Shown: in pieces, positions 1 to 13,854 of the stretch
Numbering within the stretch: the first letter of the stretch is position 1
Layout: every line of letters starts with the position of its first letter
Program-made: the position numbers and the translations under genes
Source of the DNA: Octopus vulgaris
Lineage: Eukaryota
Reading direction: 5' to 3'
Length of the DNA: 64,000 nt
Assembly (NCBI GenBank): GCA_951406725.2
Contig: OX597819.1
Span: 69,006,001 to 69,070,000 of the forward strand
Notes under the pieces: generated by a model
Told to the model about the DNA's origin: nothing
The model's database searches: none
Seen by the model: the letters and a program-made list of their open reading frames with translations, nothing else

Positions 1-12
1 GTACAAAGAACC

Positions 13-62
<50 letters not shown>

Positions 63-411
63 ATAAACTGAAAGAGAAAATCTAGTGTTTATGTGATTTA
101 GAGTGAAAAGAGTAAAAGAGATAATTGCTCTGTTACATTGTTGGCAGAAAAGCAAGGTTACATTGAGATTTGGCAGAATGTCAGAAACCAAATGTCAATC
201 TTTATAGGAATCTCTTCATATCTTCAATTTTTTTTGTTGCCCTTTTTTTTATTTGGCTTTGCGTTTTTTTTAAATTCTTCAACAATGGAGAAAGAAGAAT
301 TTTGTTGTCGTGAAGAAGGCGGTTGTGTCATGGTGGTTTCGCGTATATGTCCATTTATGCGCACATATTTGCATGCATGTATGTATGTAATTATGTATGT
401 ATGTATGTATT

Positions 412-477
<66 letters not shown>

Positions 478-2474
478 CGTGTGTGCGTGTGTGTGTGTGT
501 GTGCGTGTGCGTGTGTGTGTGTGAGAGAGAGAGAGAAAGCATTCATACATGGATACAGGCATGTATATCATTTTATATGTAGATATAATTACATGAGAAA
601 CGTCTTAAGTTTTAAAAACTTTGACAACGACTTTGATTAGCTGTAATCTTTATAACTGTGATTTCTAAATAGGACCGCGTAATGTGCAACCCAACTTCAC
701 ATGAGTTTTTTTGAAGCAGTTAATCACGTAGCGAAGTTTTCCAATAATTATTGGTAAAATTGTAAAGCTAGGGTCCAGATGGGATAATTCCAGATTCATC
801 ACGACAACAGTATTCGATGCCCTCATATCTTAAAATAATTCTGCTTGTCATTGCGTTACTGAGCCCGTCCATAATGTAACGCTTTCATGTGATTAGAGAA
901 AAAGAGGGAGAGTGGAAAATGGGGAGGGCGAAAAGAGGGAGAAAACGAGGGAGAGAGTAGAGGTCATGGCGTGAGGAAGAGGGAATGTAAATGTAACGCT
1001 TTCACGTGATTAGTTGAAAGGAAAGAGAGGATAAAGAAAAAAAGGGGAGGGCAAAGAGTATAAGGTGAAGTGTGGGACAGAAAGGGGGAGAGAGAAAAGA
1101 GAGATATAAAGACAGAGAGTGTAAAACAGAAAGAGAGGGAGAAGAGTTCAAAACGTGAGGTAGGGGGAAAGTAATATTTATTACGTGGTTAAAATAGTTA
1201 GTTGACGGTAGAAGAAGCGAATCAACAATATGATTTTAGCAGAGCGTTCTGACGGTGAGAAAGGCAGAAACACGGGAGAGAGAGGAGGAGAGTGAGAGGA
1301 GAAAGAGAGAGAGAAGGGTAGAGAGAGATGAAGATGAGGGTGGCTGTAGTGGTGTGGTTGTGGTGGTGGTGGTGATGCTGCTACTGGATATAGAAGTGGT
1401 AGTGGTGGATATAGAGGTGGCGGTGGTGGTGAGTGAATATTGAAAAGTTTTTTTTTTTGAAAATTGAACTCAGATTTTTTATACTACCTAACACTTAACG
1501 CATGTGCATAAGTGCAATTCCGTGAAATATTCACCCTTATTTACGCAGCAATATATGCAATTAAACTAAAGGTTGTATCATATGTACGGGATCTATTTTT
1601 GTTGTTGTTTATTGGAAAAATGGCCAACTAAAAGTGAATACTTATTTGATGAGTGCTGTGTATTTTGTCTATAAGAGTGTACATAAAATAAATAAACTGT
1701 ATATATAAAATGCATTATGTAATCATCGTATTCGAATTTCTCTCAATTTTCAAGGAATTACAGATGAGCCATTATCTTTCCACTGTGCAGGCTACGCTCT
1801 GAGTGTTTTATTTTATTATTTTTTTCTGATAAAATTTTCAGCTCTGCATCATTAACCAGATAGAAGATATGTCGTCTGGGGTTAAAAAATACGCAGTAGA
1901 GTCCGTTCGAACGGACAGCCATGCTGAAGTGGCTACGAGTATTACCTGTTAGTACAACTACTGCGTTCATTTCTTGGAGAGATTTTAGAACAAGTGTTTT
2001 TCAGAAATAACCCATTAAGTTTGCCATAAATTCTGCGAAATTTTCACGTAACCCGCTAGTTTTAAATATTGTGTTAACATTTCTAAGGCAACTGGTTTCC
2101 AGTGCTATGCATAATCACTTTTCTCTATTTCAGATTATTCTAATCTAAGCTGTCGGCAGGATCATCCCAGTCACTTCTTCGTGTGGATAATGCGAACATA
2201 GGTCACCTTTCCTTTCCGTTACGCAGGCGAAGCGAAGATTAATTCACTCCTCACTGCCAGAATCGGGCGAAGCATACAGGCTAAGGATGGAAACGGCCAT
2301 GCCCATAGGACTACAGCAGACAAGAGAAGGGTTGTCGACATTACGATGGATATAGAAGAGTTCCTAAAACCTCTGAGTAGATCCTGTCATTTATGTGTAG
2401 AGAACAGTCAGTAACTCCGATGTTTATTTCACAGCTATACATACATATTCTTTATTTCTTTCTTCCTCGCACAC

Positions 2475-2807
2475 AAAAGAAAGAAAGACAAGCAAAAAGA
2501 AAGAAAGAAATGAGGGAAGGAAGAAAGGAGGGAATGACTGAAGGAAAGACGAAAGGAAGGAAGGAAGAAAGGAAAGAAAGAAGAAAGGAAGGAAGGAAAA
2601 AAGGAAGGAAGAAAGAAAGAAAGGCCGAAAAGAAGGATTGAAAGAAAGAAGGAAGAAAGGGGAGAAAAAATGAAGAAAAGAAGGATAGAAGTAAGGAATC
2701 AAGAAAAGAACGAAGGAAAGAAGGGAGGAAGAAAAGAAGGAAGAAAGGAAGATAGGAAGGAAGGAAAGAATGAAAGAAGGAAAGACAGAAGGAAGAAAAG
2801 AAGAAAT

Positions 2808-2852
<45 letters not shown>

Positions 2853-2990
2853 AGGAAGGAAAGGAGGAAAGAAAGAAGGAAGGAAGGAAGGGGAAAAGAA
2901 GGAAGAAAAGAAAGAAGGAAGGAAGGAAGGGAAAAAGAAAGAAAGAAAAGAAGGAAGGAAAGCAAGCAAGAAAGAAAGAATACTGAATGA
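2475..2990. repeat. Polypurine (GAAA/GGAA)n tract
   Basis: About 500 bp of almost pure purine. Confidence 0.95.
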
Positions 2991-3611
2991 GAGCGGAAAT
3001 TGAAAATTAATGCCCTGCCATATACAATAGGTATATAGAAAAATAGTAAGACACTGATATATGCATGTGTGCGCGTCTTATGTGTGTGTGTATGTATATA
3101 CGCTGATGCATATATACAAACACATCACTGTATATTCCAATGATTTAATGTACAGTCCGAAAGATATCAACATTCGTAGTAATATATCTATAATAATGAG
3201 TTTCTTAATGCCTTCTGGTGGTATGATTGAACGGTATTAGTCAACAATGGACTTCAGTTGGAAAGGGTTTGATCTCGTTAAAAGCGCAGGTGCAGAGATG
3301 TAATTACGAGTCATAAGTAACCAGCAGAGGATAAATGAGAAAAGATTCTGCTCTCACACACTTATTTCATCGTAAAAATGTCGTGGTAATATTGACAGTT
3401 CTCATTGACTCCAATGAATTTTATAGCTACTACATTATATTGGATATCGACAGGGCTTCAAGATTGTCTTTTTACTGATATGAACGCAATTCTTCACAAC
3501 ATGATTCACGTTGAAGTAGTTTTAGATCTAATTAGGTTTTCAAACGTTTATTACATATATTATAGCACAGACAACAGACAGGTTACTAAGCACTAACACA
3601 CACACACATAT

Positions 3612-3710
<99 letters not shown>

Positions 3711-4349
3711 CATGCACAAGTTCACAAACACATTGGTACTCTCAAAGACATAGTCACACACGTCTTCACACATACACGCATAACGAATACAATTTGAAAC
3801 CCTCTCGTACGTTTGGCGGGTCAGTGTAATGAATACTTAAAAGTACATTCAACGAGAACGCCCAACACATTTACAAATGTTTACTAATATATATATATAT
3901 ATATATATATGTATAGATTTTTTTTTTTAATGTTCGTCCTTCGGGTTCGAAGATGACCATTGACATCATTTGGTGGAATTGCTGCTATGAGACCGGAGGT
4001 GGCTGGTGAGGCCAATCCGGGCAAGAAAGTCCCTCCGACAGGTGAGGCAGAATTGGGTAGCACAGCCCCATATATAGATATATAAAATGGTTGTATACTG
4101 TCAATCTAACGTGAACATGACAGTAGGAGGTTACACCACCGCTGTTTAGCCCTAAGAAGCATCGACGCCTCCTGATGGCTTTGACACATTTTCCTGTGTC
4201 CTTATATACATTTACGAAGGGGAGACAAACACCCCCAGCAGCCAGGCCTGCATCTAGAGACACGCATGTTTCAGGATCATTGTCCTTCATCGGTCTAGAG
4301 TAGCAGACGCTCGTCAACTGTTGATATCTGCCTCGACTTGCAAATGTAT

Positions 4350-4712
<363 letters not shown>

Positions 4713-4883
4713 TAAATATATATTCACATAAAAAAGATATACATATGTAATTGTCACTAAAGAGACTAAGGTTGCAGCTCAGCACCAGCGTTGCTAGAAA
4801 TAAGAGTCAAAACGACTCTTAGTCACGGGCAAGCATTTATATATTGACTTAAAAGAGAGACAAAATCCCTGCTCCAAGTGAGA

Positions 4884-4934
4884 TAGTATCAGAATAGCGA
4901 AGATTTCGGATTTAATTAATCCTCATCAGTGACC
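4884..4934 (-). ncRNA. Hammerhead-like motif
   Basis: GGUCA-CUGAUGA-GGAU(UAAUUAA)AUCC-GAAA-UCUUCGCUAUUC-UGAU. Canonical core and stem II, weak stem III. Confidence 0.55.
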
Positions 4935-5454
4935 ATTACTCAAGCGCTGAGCTCTGAACTTAACTGGCCTTATAGGTTTATAGAATGTACCATAGGAAGC
5001 AGTGTACGATTCTGTAAAATGCTAAATGAAAAATATTAACTATTAAAGTGGATATTAGCAACCAAATTTTACAGGTACAATCGTCACTAAAGTGAGTAAG
5101 GGGACAGGTCAGGCTCAGCATTGCTAGAAATAAGAGTTAAAGCCCCAAAACGTTCGGAGTTTTGAGAGGTGAATATATTTATATCAACACTTTTCATCCT
5201 GAGGAACATGGTCATTTCGCAGCCTCTTTCATGTAATAATGACTCCAATATATTCTGCGAGTGTGTGTGTCTGTATGTAGTCATTCGAAAGAAAAAGTAA
5301 GACAATGGAGATATAACATTTAATAAAAAAATTATCTGCAAAAAACCAAAATAGTCCCTTACAGCTGTTTCAGTTAAGCGTAATAGATTAAATAGCAATT
5401 ATCAAAATCGTTACATTAGGCAAGAATATCAAAGTATATATGTATGTATGTATT

Positions 5455-5505
<51 letters not shown>

Positions 5506-5744
5506 ATGAGAGAGAGAGAGAGAGAGAGAGAGTGTGTGTGTGTGTGTATGTATCAATCTATCTATATATATTTGTATGTATATATATATTTATGTATGAA
5601 CCTTGGATGAACCTTGAAGCTAATGTTAAGGTCGTTTGGGCAAAGTTGACGGTATATTCTCCACATCGTACAAATAATGTACCGCTCACGGCGACGCTGG
5701 AGAGAGTAGAGTTTCAAGGATTTAAGGCGGTAGAAGATGTAAAA

Positions 5745-5990
5745 AATCCTTGGAACTTCCCAGGAAGTTTCCGACCGATTTTCCAGGAAGTTGGGAAATC
5801 CGAGGGGTTTTCTTTGGAATCCTTGGCACTTTCTGGTCGATTTTCCAGGATGGTGGGGGAATCCTCGGAACTTTCCATGGAATCTTTGGAAGTTTCCGAC
5901 CGATTTTCCAGGATGTTATGATATCCGTGGAACTTTCCACTAAATCCACAGAACTTTCCACTGAATCCACAGAACTTTCCAAGGAGTTCC
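5745..5990. repeat. Imperfect minisatellite (21-bp subunits, ~63-bp higher order)
   Basis: GATTTTCCAGGA near 5777, 5839 and 5902; ATCC....AACTTTCCA repeated at 21-bp spacing. Confidence 0.7.
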
Positions 5991-6379
5991 GTAAAATTTT
6001 TAGGAATTAATGATAGTACTGCAGCCGTTCTGGAGCACCGCCTTAATGTATTTTCTATTAGTTTTTGTAGTTGCTTCTTGACTGGAAGGTGGTCTGTGAT
6101 TGAGTTTTCTAGCAGCTGTTCGCCTCTGAATGGACCATCCTTGAATGATTGACTTCTAAGGTATCGTTAAGAGTTCATCTAATGAGTTTTTGGAGGGGTT
6201 TTTTTACTGTTTCAGTAGAAGTCGCTTTTATACTTCTTTTAGATAGGTAGTTGAGATTGTTACAATAGAGTATTTTAGCCCATGATTTCGAACGTTGTAT
6301 ATTTCCAAGCTTAGAGTATATAAATGTTCGTGCATTAAAACTCTCTGCAGTGCCGAAGTTTGGAACATTTCCCTCCACA

Positions 6380-6667
6380 GTTCTATATTTAAGAGATGAG
6401 GAATTATATACATTACTTACATTCGATGGATATTTGTCTTCATCTTGTTTGTTGTTAACACAACGTTTCAGCTAATATACCCACCAGTCTTCTTCAGGTG
6501 TCTTGGGGAAATTTCGAACCTGTGTTCTAATTCCTAAGTTATTTTCGATGTTATTTTTGTTGTTGTTGTTATTGTTGCTGTTGTTAGTGTTCAGGTCACT
6601 GCTTGGAATCGAACTTGGAATCTTGGGGTTAGTAGCCCGCGCTCTTAACCACTACGCCATATGTCCC
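6380..6667 (-). mobile_element. tRNA-derived SINE containing a hammerhead motif
   Basis: Head GGCGTAGTGGTTAAGAGCGCGGGCTACTAACCCCAAGATTCCAAGTTCGATTCC (A and B boxes). Hammerhead at 6458-6501. A headless second copy lies at 9315-9485. Confidence 0.8.
6458..6501 (-). ncRNA. Minimal hammerhead ribozyme
   Basis: ACAC-CUGAAGA-AGACUGG...UUAGCU-GAAA-CG-UU-GUGU; stem I ACAC/GUGU. Confidence 0.7.
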
Positions 6668-6962
6668 CCAACAATTTTCCATATGAATGTGATAGTATAT
6701 ATTTCTCTTTGGTGTCAAGAGACTCAGCGCTTTCAAACATTCTGGGTAAAGAAGACTTTTAACTGAAGGTATTTTACCAGTAAACATTCCTTAAAACCCT
6801 TCAATTTCTTCTATGAGACCGGATAAGTTAGAAGATTAAAATTGTAAGCAGTAATATCAACTGCTCAGACTAGGGTTTCCCCTAAAAATAAAACTAACTG
6901 CCAGTTCCCTTGTCATGAATGTCTCTAGGATGCAGCCTATGAGTTGGCTGCATTCAAAGGCT

Positions 6963-7028
<66 letters not shown>

Positions 7029-7224
7029 TACAAAATTAGAGAATGGAGAAACATACTTAAATCAGTAAAACATCAACTATCCGATGATACTCAATCCATA
7101 CTTTAATACACCATTACATATGAGTAAAGGCAATATATAAAATGAAATGAGATATACAGTAATAGTAAAAAGATAAAGAGATATAAGTAAAAAATTTCAA
7201 ATATAATATGCAAATAAATCAAAA

Positions 7225-7332
7225 CTGACAGCTGTTTCGGCAGTGAGGGCAGTCATACCTCATTTAACCAATAAGCCATAAAGGCAGGTATAAATGAGGC
7301 ATTAACAAGGATGCCCCACGGCCTCTTCAGAG
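7225..7332 (-). ncRNA. Hammerhead motif with long stem II, in a (TA)n-abutting pLTR-like fragment (~7028-7450)
   Basis: CU-CUGAAGA-GGCCGUGGGGCA...UGCCCUCACUGCC-GAAA-CAGCUG-UC-AG; palindromic stem III ACAGCUGU. Confidence 0.72.
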
Positions 7333-7681
7333 AATTAAATTAAATTTGTTATAATAGTGAAAAATATTATATAATCATATACATATAAATATAAAAATAT
7401 AAAAATGTAAAATATAAAAACTTATACATCATAATGCTACACTTATATAATATAATACACATTTGTACAAAAAAGGAAGGTAAACAGAACAAAATAAAAC
7501 AAAATATATAACAGTGTATATATTAATATTAATAAGTACCGATATTATACATATTTGGCTAATAGTTTTTTTTATAAAAAAAAAAAAAAAAAAGCTAACA
7601 CATATGGAGATGAAAAATAATAATTAAAACCATGGTACAGTTCATAAAGTTCTAAAGCTATAAAAGTTAATAAAAATTACT

Positions 7682-7755
<74 letters not shown>

Positions 7756-8469
7756 TAATAAAAAAATATAATAAAAAAATAGATACAGTTAAGTTAGCAC
7801 CAAGTCCATCCTTACAAGATCGAAATAACTATGAGTTAAGAAATGCTGACCACTAGGTAAAGAAAATTTAGATTAATTCGATTGGCTATTGGTTTGAAAT
7901 TTAAATCACAAAAGAAAATTATACGGTTAATTAACATACACAAAGGCAGACACATATGTGTGCTTGTATATATATATATATATATATATATATTCACGAT
8001 GCAATAAACAGACAGAGAATAAAATGAAACTTGTGGATTTGCCGGTTAATCATGGCGACTGATAGGACAAAGGTAGTTGGACAGGAGAGGTACGAAGAAG
8101 GGGAGATAATAAAGTACTGGTGATCCCAAAATGTAGATGCACGTCCGTGAGTGTATGCGAGAGTGTGTAAGTGTGGATAGGGACTGGTGACTTTGATGCG
8201 TGGATGTATGACGTGTGGATGTGTGGATGAGTGGATGTGTGAATGTGTGGGTGTGTGGAAGATGTGTTGGCATATATATGTGTGTGTGTATGTATATATA
8301 TATACCTGTTAAAGGTACTTGCCTTAGTTGCAACGCTGCGGGAATCAAGCCGAAACTATATGGTTGTGAGACAAGCTTCTTTCGACACATCTACGACTGC
8401 ATCTCATGTAAAATAAATATTCCATGAGATTGGTAATTTTTCGTCTGTTCACCAGTATCTATCTATCTA

Positions 8470-8547
<78 letters not shown>

Positions 8548-9528
8548 TAAGCAACATACTATATATGTATATATATATAGTATGTTGCTTAAATTTAACC
8601 AATACACAGCCTTTAGGTTTCTGCTGCTGTAAATAGCTTTAAATGAATTTGAAATAATTGTTTTCTATGACTTTTCTGACAATAAAATTTCAGCTATTTC
8701 TTTTCAAATAAATTATAATTTTGCAAGAAAGAAAAGAAAATTAAACAAAGTATTGTCATTATGTCATAAAAATATACTTGCTACTAATGATGAAAATGAT
8801 ATTTCCTCGAGGTCGTGTAGTTAATGAGAAAATATGGTATGAAATATAGAAGAGTAATTACAAAAACGGTAAACATGTTGCGGTTATGGGTGCTATTTTG
8901 TAGGTCAAACGTCTGAACTATTTTCGTTTTGGTAGTTGAAGTTCAATATGAGAGTATAGATGGTAAGTCATATATACTCATTTGTATAATAGAATTACAA
9001 CTTTAGACTTGTTATACTTCAAATAATTTAAGCATATTTATGGGCAGACCAACTGTCATAGGCAACACATTAGCTGGAAGTAATTATGGCTGTACCATAG
9101 GCAAGCATGCGTTAATTTCTGACTTTCTCTCTCGCTGTTTGTCATTTGTTTGTCTGTCTCACTATTTCTTTCTTTATATGTATATGTATATATATATATA
9201 TACACGTTCCATATATATGTGTGTGTGCGTATGTATGTGCGTGCGTGTGTGTATGTAAGTATATGAACATATATATATATATATATATATACAGAGAGAG
9301 ATAGAGACAGAGAGTTCTATATTTAAGAGATTAGGAATTATGTACATTATTTACATTTGACGGATATTTGTCCTCATCTTGTTTTTGTTACCACAACTTT
9401 CGGTTAATATACCATCCAGCATTCATCAAGTGTCTTGGGGAAATTTTGAACCTGGGTTCTCATTCCTAACGTATTTTTCGATGTTATTATTATCATTATT
9501 ATTATTATTATTTTTTTTTTTTATTATT

Positions 9529-10598
9529 GAGTGAGAGAGCAGTTCATGCCATCAAAGTGACACTGGGGTAAAATATACGAAGCCCAATATACCCATCATG
9601 ACTACCCGTCTGATAAAAGTACACCAGGCACATGCATCGCAACCATATGTGCGCGACATGGTGATCTCATATCTAGATGAACAGCACATGACCTTGCAGG
9701 TTGAGTAGCCCATCCCGCTCAAACGGTCCCTGAATAAGGGTTGCTTAAGGATGTTGAAAGAACCACCCATGTTTCCAGAGGTGAACTATTCAAACTCCAA
9801 AGAATCCCTCTCAACACATGGCTATGATGCTCCCCCACTACTTCTGCTCGTGATCAGAGATGCACATATCGTCAGCCACTAAGGGACATGCTCAACTGGT
9901 TAAGGTCAAACAACTGACAAGCAAATCTGTGGTATTGAGCAGAATATTTGCTGTAGCCCATCTTTTATACCAAAATAAAACAATGTACATGATAACACAT
10001 CATCATTATTATTATTATTATTATTATTACTATTATTATTATTATTATTATTGAGTGAGCGAGCAGAGCATGCCATCAAAGTGACACTGGGGTAAAATAT
10101 ACGAAGCCCAGCATACCCATCATGACTACCCGTCTGATAAGGGTACACCAGGCACATGCATCACAACCATATGTGCGCGACATGGTGATCTCATATCAAG
10201 ATAAACAGCACATGACCTTGCAGGTGGAGCCCAGTTAGAATTTTCTTCAGATCGAGTAACCCATCCCACTCAAAAGGTCCCTGAATAAGGGTTGTTTAAG
10301 GACGTTGAACGAAACACCCATGTTTCCAGAGGTGAATTATCCAAACCCCAAAGAATCCCTCTCAACACATGGTTATGATGATCCCCCACTACTTCTGCTC
10401 GTGATCAGAGATGCACATATCGTCAGCCACTAAGGGACATGCTCAACTGGTTAAGGTCAAACAACTGACAAGCAAAACTGTGGTATTGAGCAGAATATTT
10501 GCTGTAGCCCATCTTTTATACCAAGACAAAACAATGTACATGATAACACTTCCAATCAGTTAAGATCAGAAGCCATGAGAGCCACTGCCTGGTACTGC
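9529..10598 (-). repeat. Two tandem copies (9529-9999, 10053-10598) of a ~0.5-kb non-coding element separated by (ATT)n
   Basis: Both start gagtgag.gagcag...catgccatcaaagtgacactggggtaaaatatacgaagccc and match along their length. Each is bounded by (ATT)n. Confidence 0.85.
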
Positions 10599-10661
<63 letters not shown>

Positions 10662-10670
10662 CATTATTAT

Positions 10671-11225
10671 TTTACTTCTTTCTTCAACTTTTCCTCCATT
10701 TCTTGCCGAGTGTTTTCCTTACACCTAGGGCAGAGAAGCTCATTGTATGCATTGCCAGATTACACACGCAAATTCACATATAAAACAGGTATTCAAACAT
10801 TAATAAATGAATAAATTCATGGATGAATGTTTTCACAGCGATAATGCTCTTCTCAGTACATGAGTCGTTCCAGTTAACACGATTTTTTGCACTTCCTGTA
10901 GGGATGTTAAGCCTGGTATTATTTTGAAATAGGTTTCAGTACATTTTTAAAATCATTCCTAGATATTCTACAATCACTGGTTCTGTAGTCGTTTTGAGAT
11001 GCCACATTTTTTCAATTTCTATAAGCAACTCTTTATATTTACTTATCTTGTCAAATTGTTTCACCGGTATATTGTGATCGAAAATAATACTCATATCAAT
11101 TAATAAACACACCTTTTTTGTCTGATCTTTTATGATAATGTCCGGTATATTAGCTTTTATATTTTTGTCGGTATGTACGCGGAGGTTCCATAGAATCGAC
11201 ACACATTCATGTGGGTACACCATCA
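10671..11225 (-). mobile_element. R4/Dong-like non-LTR retrotransposon 3' fragment (restriction-like endonuclease)
   Basis: ILWNLRVHTDKNIKANIPDIIIKD..KKVCLLIDMSI..D.N...K..DKISKYKELLIEIEKMWHL.T..EPVIVEYLG is a PD-(D/E)xK RLE signature. The 3' end runs into (TAA)n. Confidence 0.85.
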
Positions 11226-11294
11226 CTTTATTATCTCCCTTTCCTCTAACGTCTTCTTTCAAACTTTTTTCCATAATCAGTCACCAGGCTTCAA

Positions 11295-11472
11295 CGCTGA
11301 ACTCTATACGATTTTTTCTTTCTCTCTGTTTATATTCTCTTAGTTTTTTTCTGTTTAAGAGCGTAGGCTCAAAACATAAAAGACCATTTCATTTTCCCTG
11401 TGCGTGTAAATATTACACTTGCTTGTTGTTCATACACCTGTCTTCGTCTTTTGTTTTTCAATAAATTTCAGC
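11295..11472 (+). mobile_element. Degenerate family M1 element
   Basis: ctgtttaagagcgtaggctcaaaacataaaaga ... acacctgtcttcgtcttttgttt, then (TA)n. A 3'-only piece lies at 14543-14612. Confidence 0.65.
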
Positions 11473-11540
<68 letters not shown>

Positions 11541-11914
11541 CGTGTGTGTGCATATATGGGAGACCCCTTTCGGTCATGAATGACCATGGCATTGCGCCTA
11601 GAAAGTTACCCTCCGATGCACAAGTCCTGTCACGAGCCTACCCTCTCCACACCACTGATGCTATCCAAGGGAAAGCCAAAGGCCGATAGAGCTTGACACC
11701 AGTGATGTCGCAACTCATTTCTACAGCGGTTTAACTGTTGTGTTTTCATTACCTTTTGTAAGTTACGTTGTACCTAACTATTTATCAATCTATCTATCTA
11801 CCTATATATCTATCTGAATCTCTGTATATACATACATACAAATATATATACATACATACACACATATTTATATCTCTACACTCTTTATATACGCATACAT
11901 AATGCATACAAGTG

Positions 11915-12885
11915 TCTCATACTAAAGAGAAAAATATTCTACGTGTTGGCAGAGAGTTCCTCAGAAGCCACCTCTCCCTGGTGACCGCCTATACAATCCC
12001 CAAACATCCGGATTCACACACACCAAAGAAGACCTGGATACGAAACGCTTAGTATACCAAAAACAGATCATGCATGGGTATGTTTTCCAAAATCTTTAAG
12101 AAAACAGTAATGCAGACATGAAGCGCAGCTGCATTTGCAATCCAAATGCAAGGGATTTCAGCTAAATAACTAATAAATAAACAGAGACTAGCTTTTGTGG
12201 CTCCGAGAGGCAACTGAAAATGCCGGTTACATAATATGTCTGTGGAACGCATCATACGTGTGATTAGCAGCCCCCCTAAGAATGTTATCAAGGTAATACC
12301 TCCCTATAGAATATGTCCATGTCGCAAAGCAATACAGAGTGACATGCGGGAAAATGTTTGTCCTGGAACAAATATAGCGAATCCCTCTGTTATTTAACGA
12401 ACACACCAAGAACGACACAACGAATGCTAGTAGAACAATGTCTTGGAAAGATTCTTCATTTGTAAATATATGTGGCCGGATACAGTGCAAGAAGAAGTAT
12501 GTGCTGTTATAGAGGTTAGTTGTCCTTCTGACGTGAATGTCTCTTTGAAAAGCAACGAGAAAGAGGATAGCAATGGACAACTGTTCTGAAACCTCCAACT
12601 TTTGTATCCAGATTATTAATTCTCATTCATGCCAATAATAATTGGTGCTTTTAATCGAGTGAATAAGCGATTAAGTGGCAATATGGATAAGTTAGTGTTT
12701 TCAGAAAAACAAATCAACCAACAGACTTGCACATTACAAATACAATCTATAAGTGGAACGGTAGAAATATGCGAGACTGTTATCAAGTTTAAAATGTAAC
12801 ATTGTTTTTGCTATCTACGTTCCAACGGCAATGGTTTTTGTTCCTGTTAGAACCCAGCTCCTTCATCAGAAGGAAAATTTAAATA
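11915..12885 (+). mobile_element. Degenerate RLE-type non-LTR retrotransposon 3' fragment
   Basis: Pieces AIQMQGISAK and EVSCPSDVNVSLKSNEKEDSNGQLF*NLQLLYPDY*FSFMPIIIGAF...LQIQSISGTVEICETVIKFKM*. Confidence 0.7.
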
Positions 12886-13222
12886 ATTTAAAATATAAAA
12901 AGAGGGCATAAATAAATGCAGATAAACGTGTTGGACCGGAGCTGGTTATCATATTGGAGTGCATGGATATGTGTACTTCTGTTGTGTTTTTGTAACCATA
13001 TTTGTGAGAAAATTTAATTTGAACAATGTAAGTATAAAAGAATACATCAATATACAAAGTCAAAAAAAAAGAAACCTGGAAATATTGTTTGTGTAATAAT
13101 TAATACTCGATTCACTGTTTGTGTAAAAAAGAAACCTACCATACACTCACAAACCTTCGCACGCACACATAAAACGCATTCATGTTTACGCACACATATG
13201 TGAGTGTGTGTGTATGTGTCTG

Positions 13223-13286
<64 letters not shown>

Positions 13287-13703
13287 TGTGTGTGTGTATT
13301 CTTGAATTTATTCTATAAAAACAAATATAGGAAGAAAGTAAAGTTAAAATTAACGCCATTTATGATGTGAATGTTACAAAGAAATAATCATGAATCGCCA
13401 TGATTTTTTTAAATATTTATGTTGCACTAAGGCACCGTGTTCGCTTAAACGTTCGTTATGTTTATTATAATTTTTTTTTTCTAATGGACGGAGATATCGA
13501 GGAAGAGAAACTGAAAATGTGTTAAATGTTCTTTCAGATAAGTTGTGAGACTACAATTACGATATATTAATTGAAAATATGGAAAATATATGAATACCTA
13601 TATTCATATAGTATGAGTTTACATAATATACACTTATATATATAATACAAAGCCACTTATATAAACATACATATATATCTATATCTATCTATCTATCTAT
13701 GTA

Positions 13704-13741
<38 letters not shown>

Positions 13742-13784
13742 GGACATATATATATAGACATAAATGTATACATCCACATATATA

Positions 13785-13838
<54 letters not shown>

Positions 13839-13854
13839 CCTATATAAATTCATG

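Noticed and set aside
2130-2280. HDV-like ribozyme (CAC-UUCUUC-GUG hairpin, GGCGAA)
   Set aside because: I could not build consistent P1.1 and P2 pairings.
1740-2420. Possible host exons after acceptor-like sites (tttcag at ~1840, tctatttcag at ~2133)
   Set aside because: All frames stop within ~40 codons and the peptides are unrecognisable. They cannot be supported without RNA-seq.
5745-5990. CRISPR-like array
   Set aside because: The repeats are degenerate and contiguous without unique spacers, the context is eukaryotic, and there are no cas genes.
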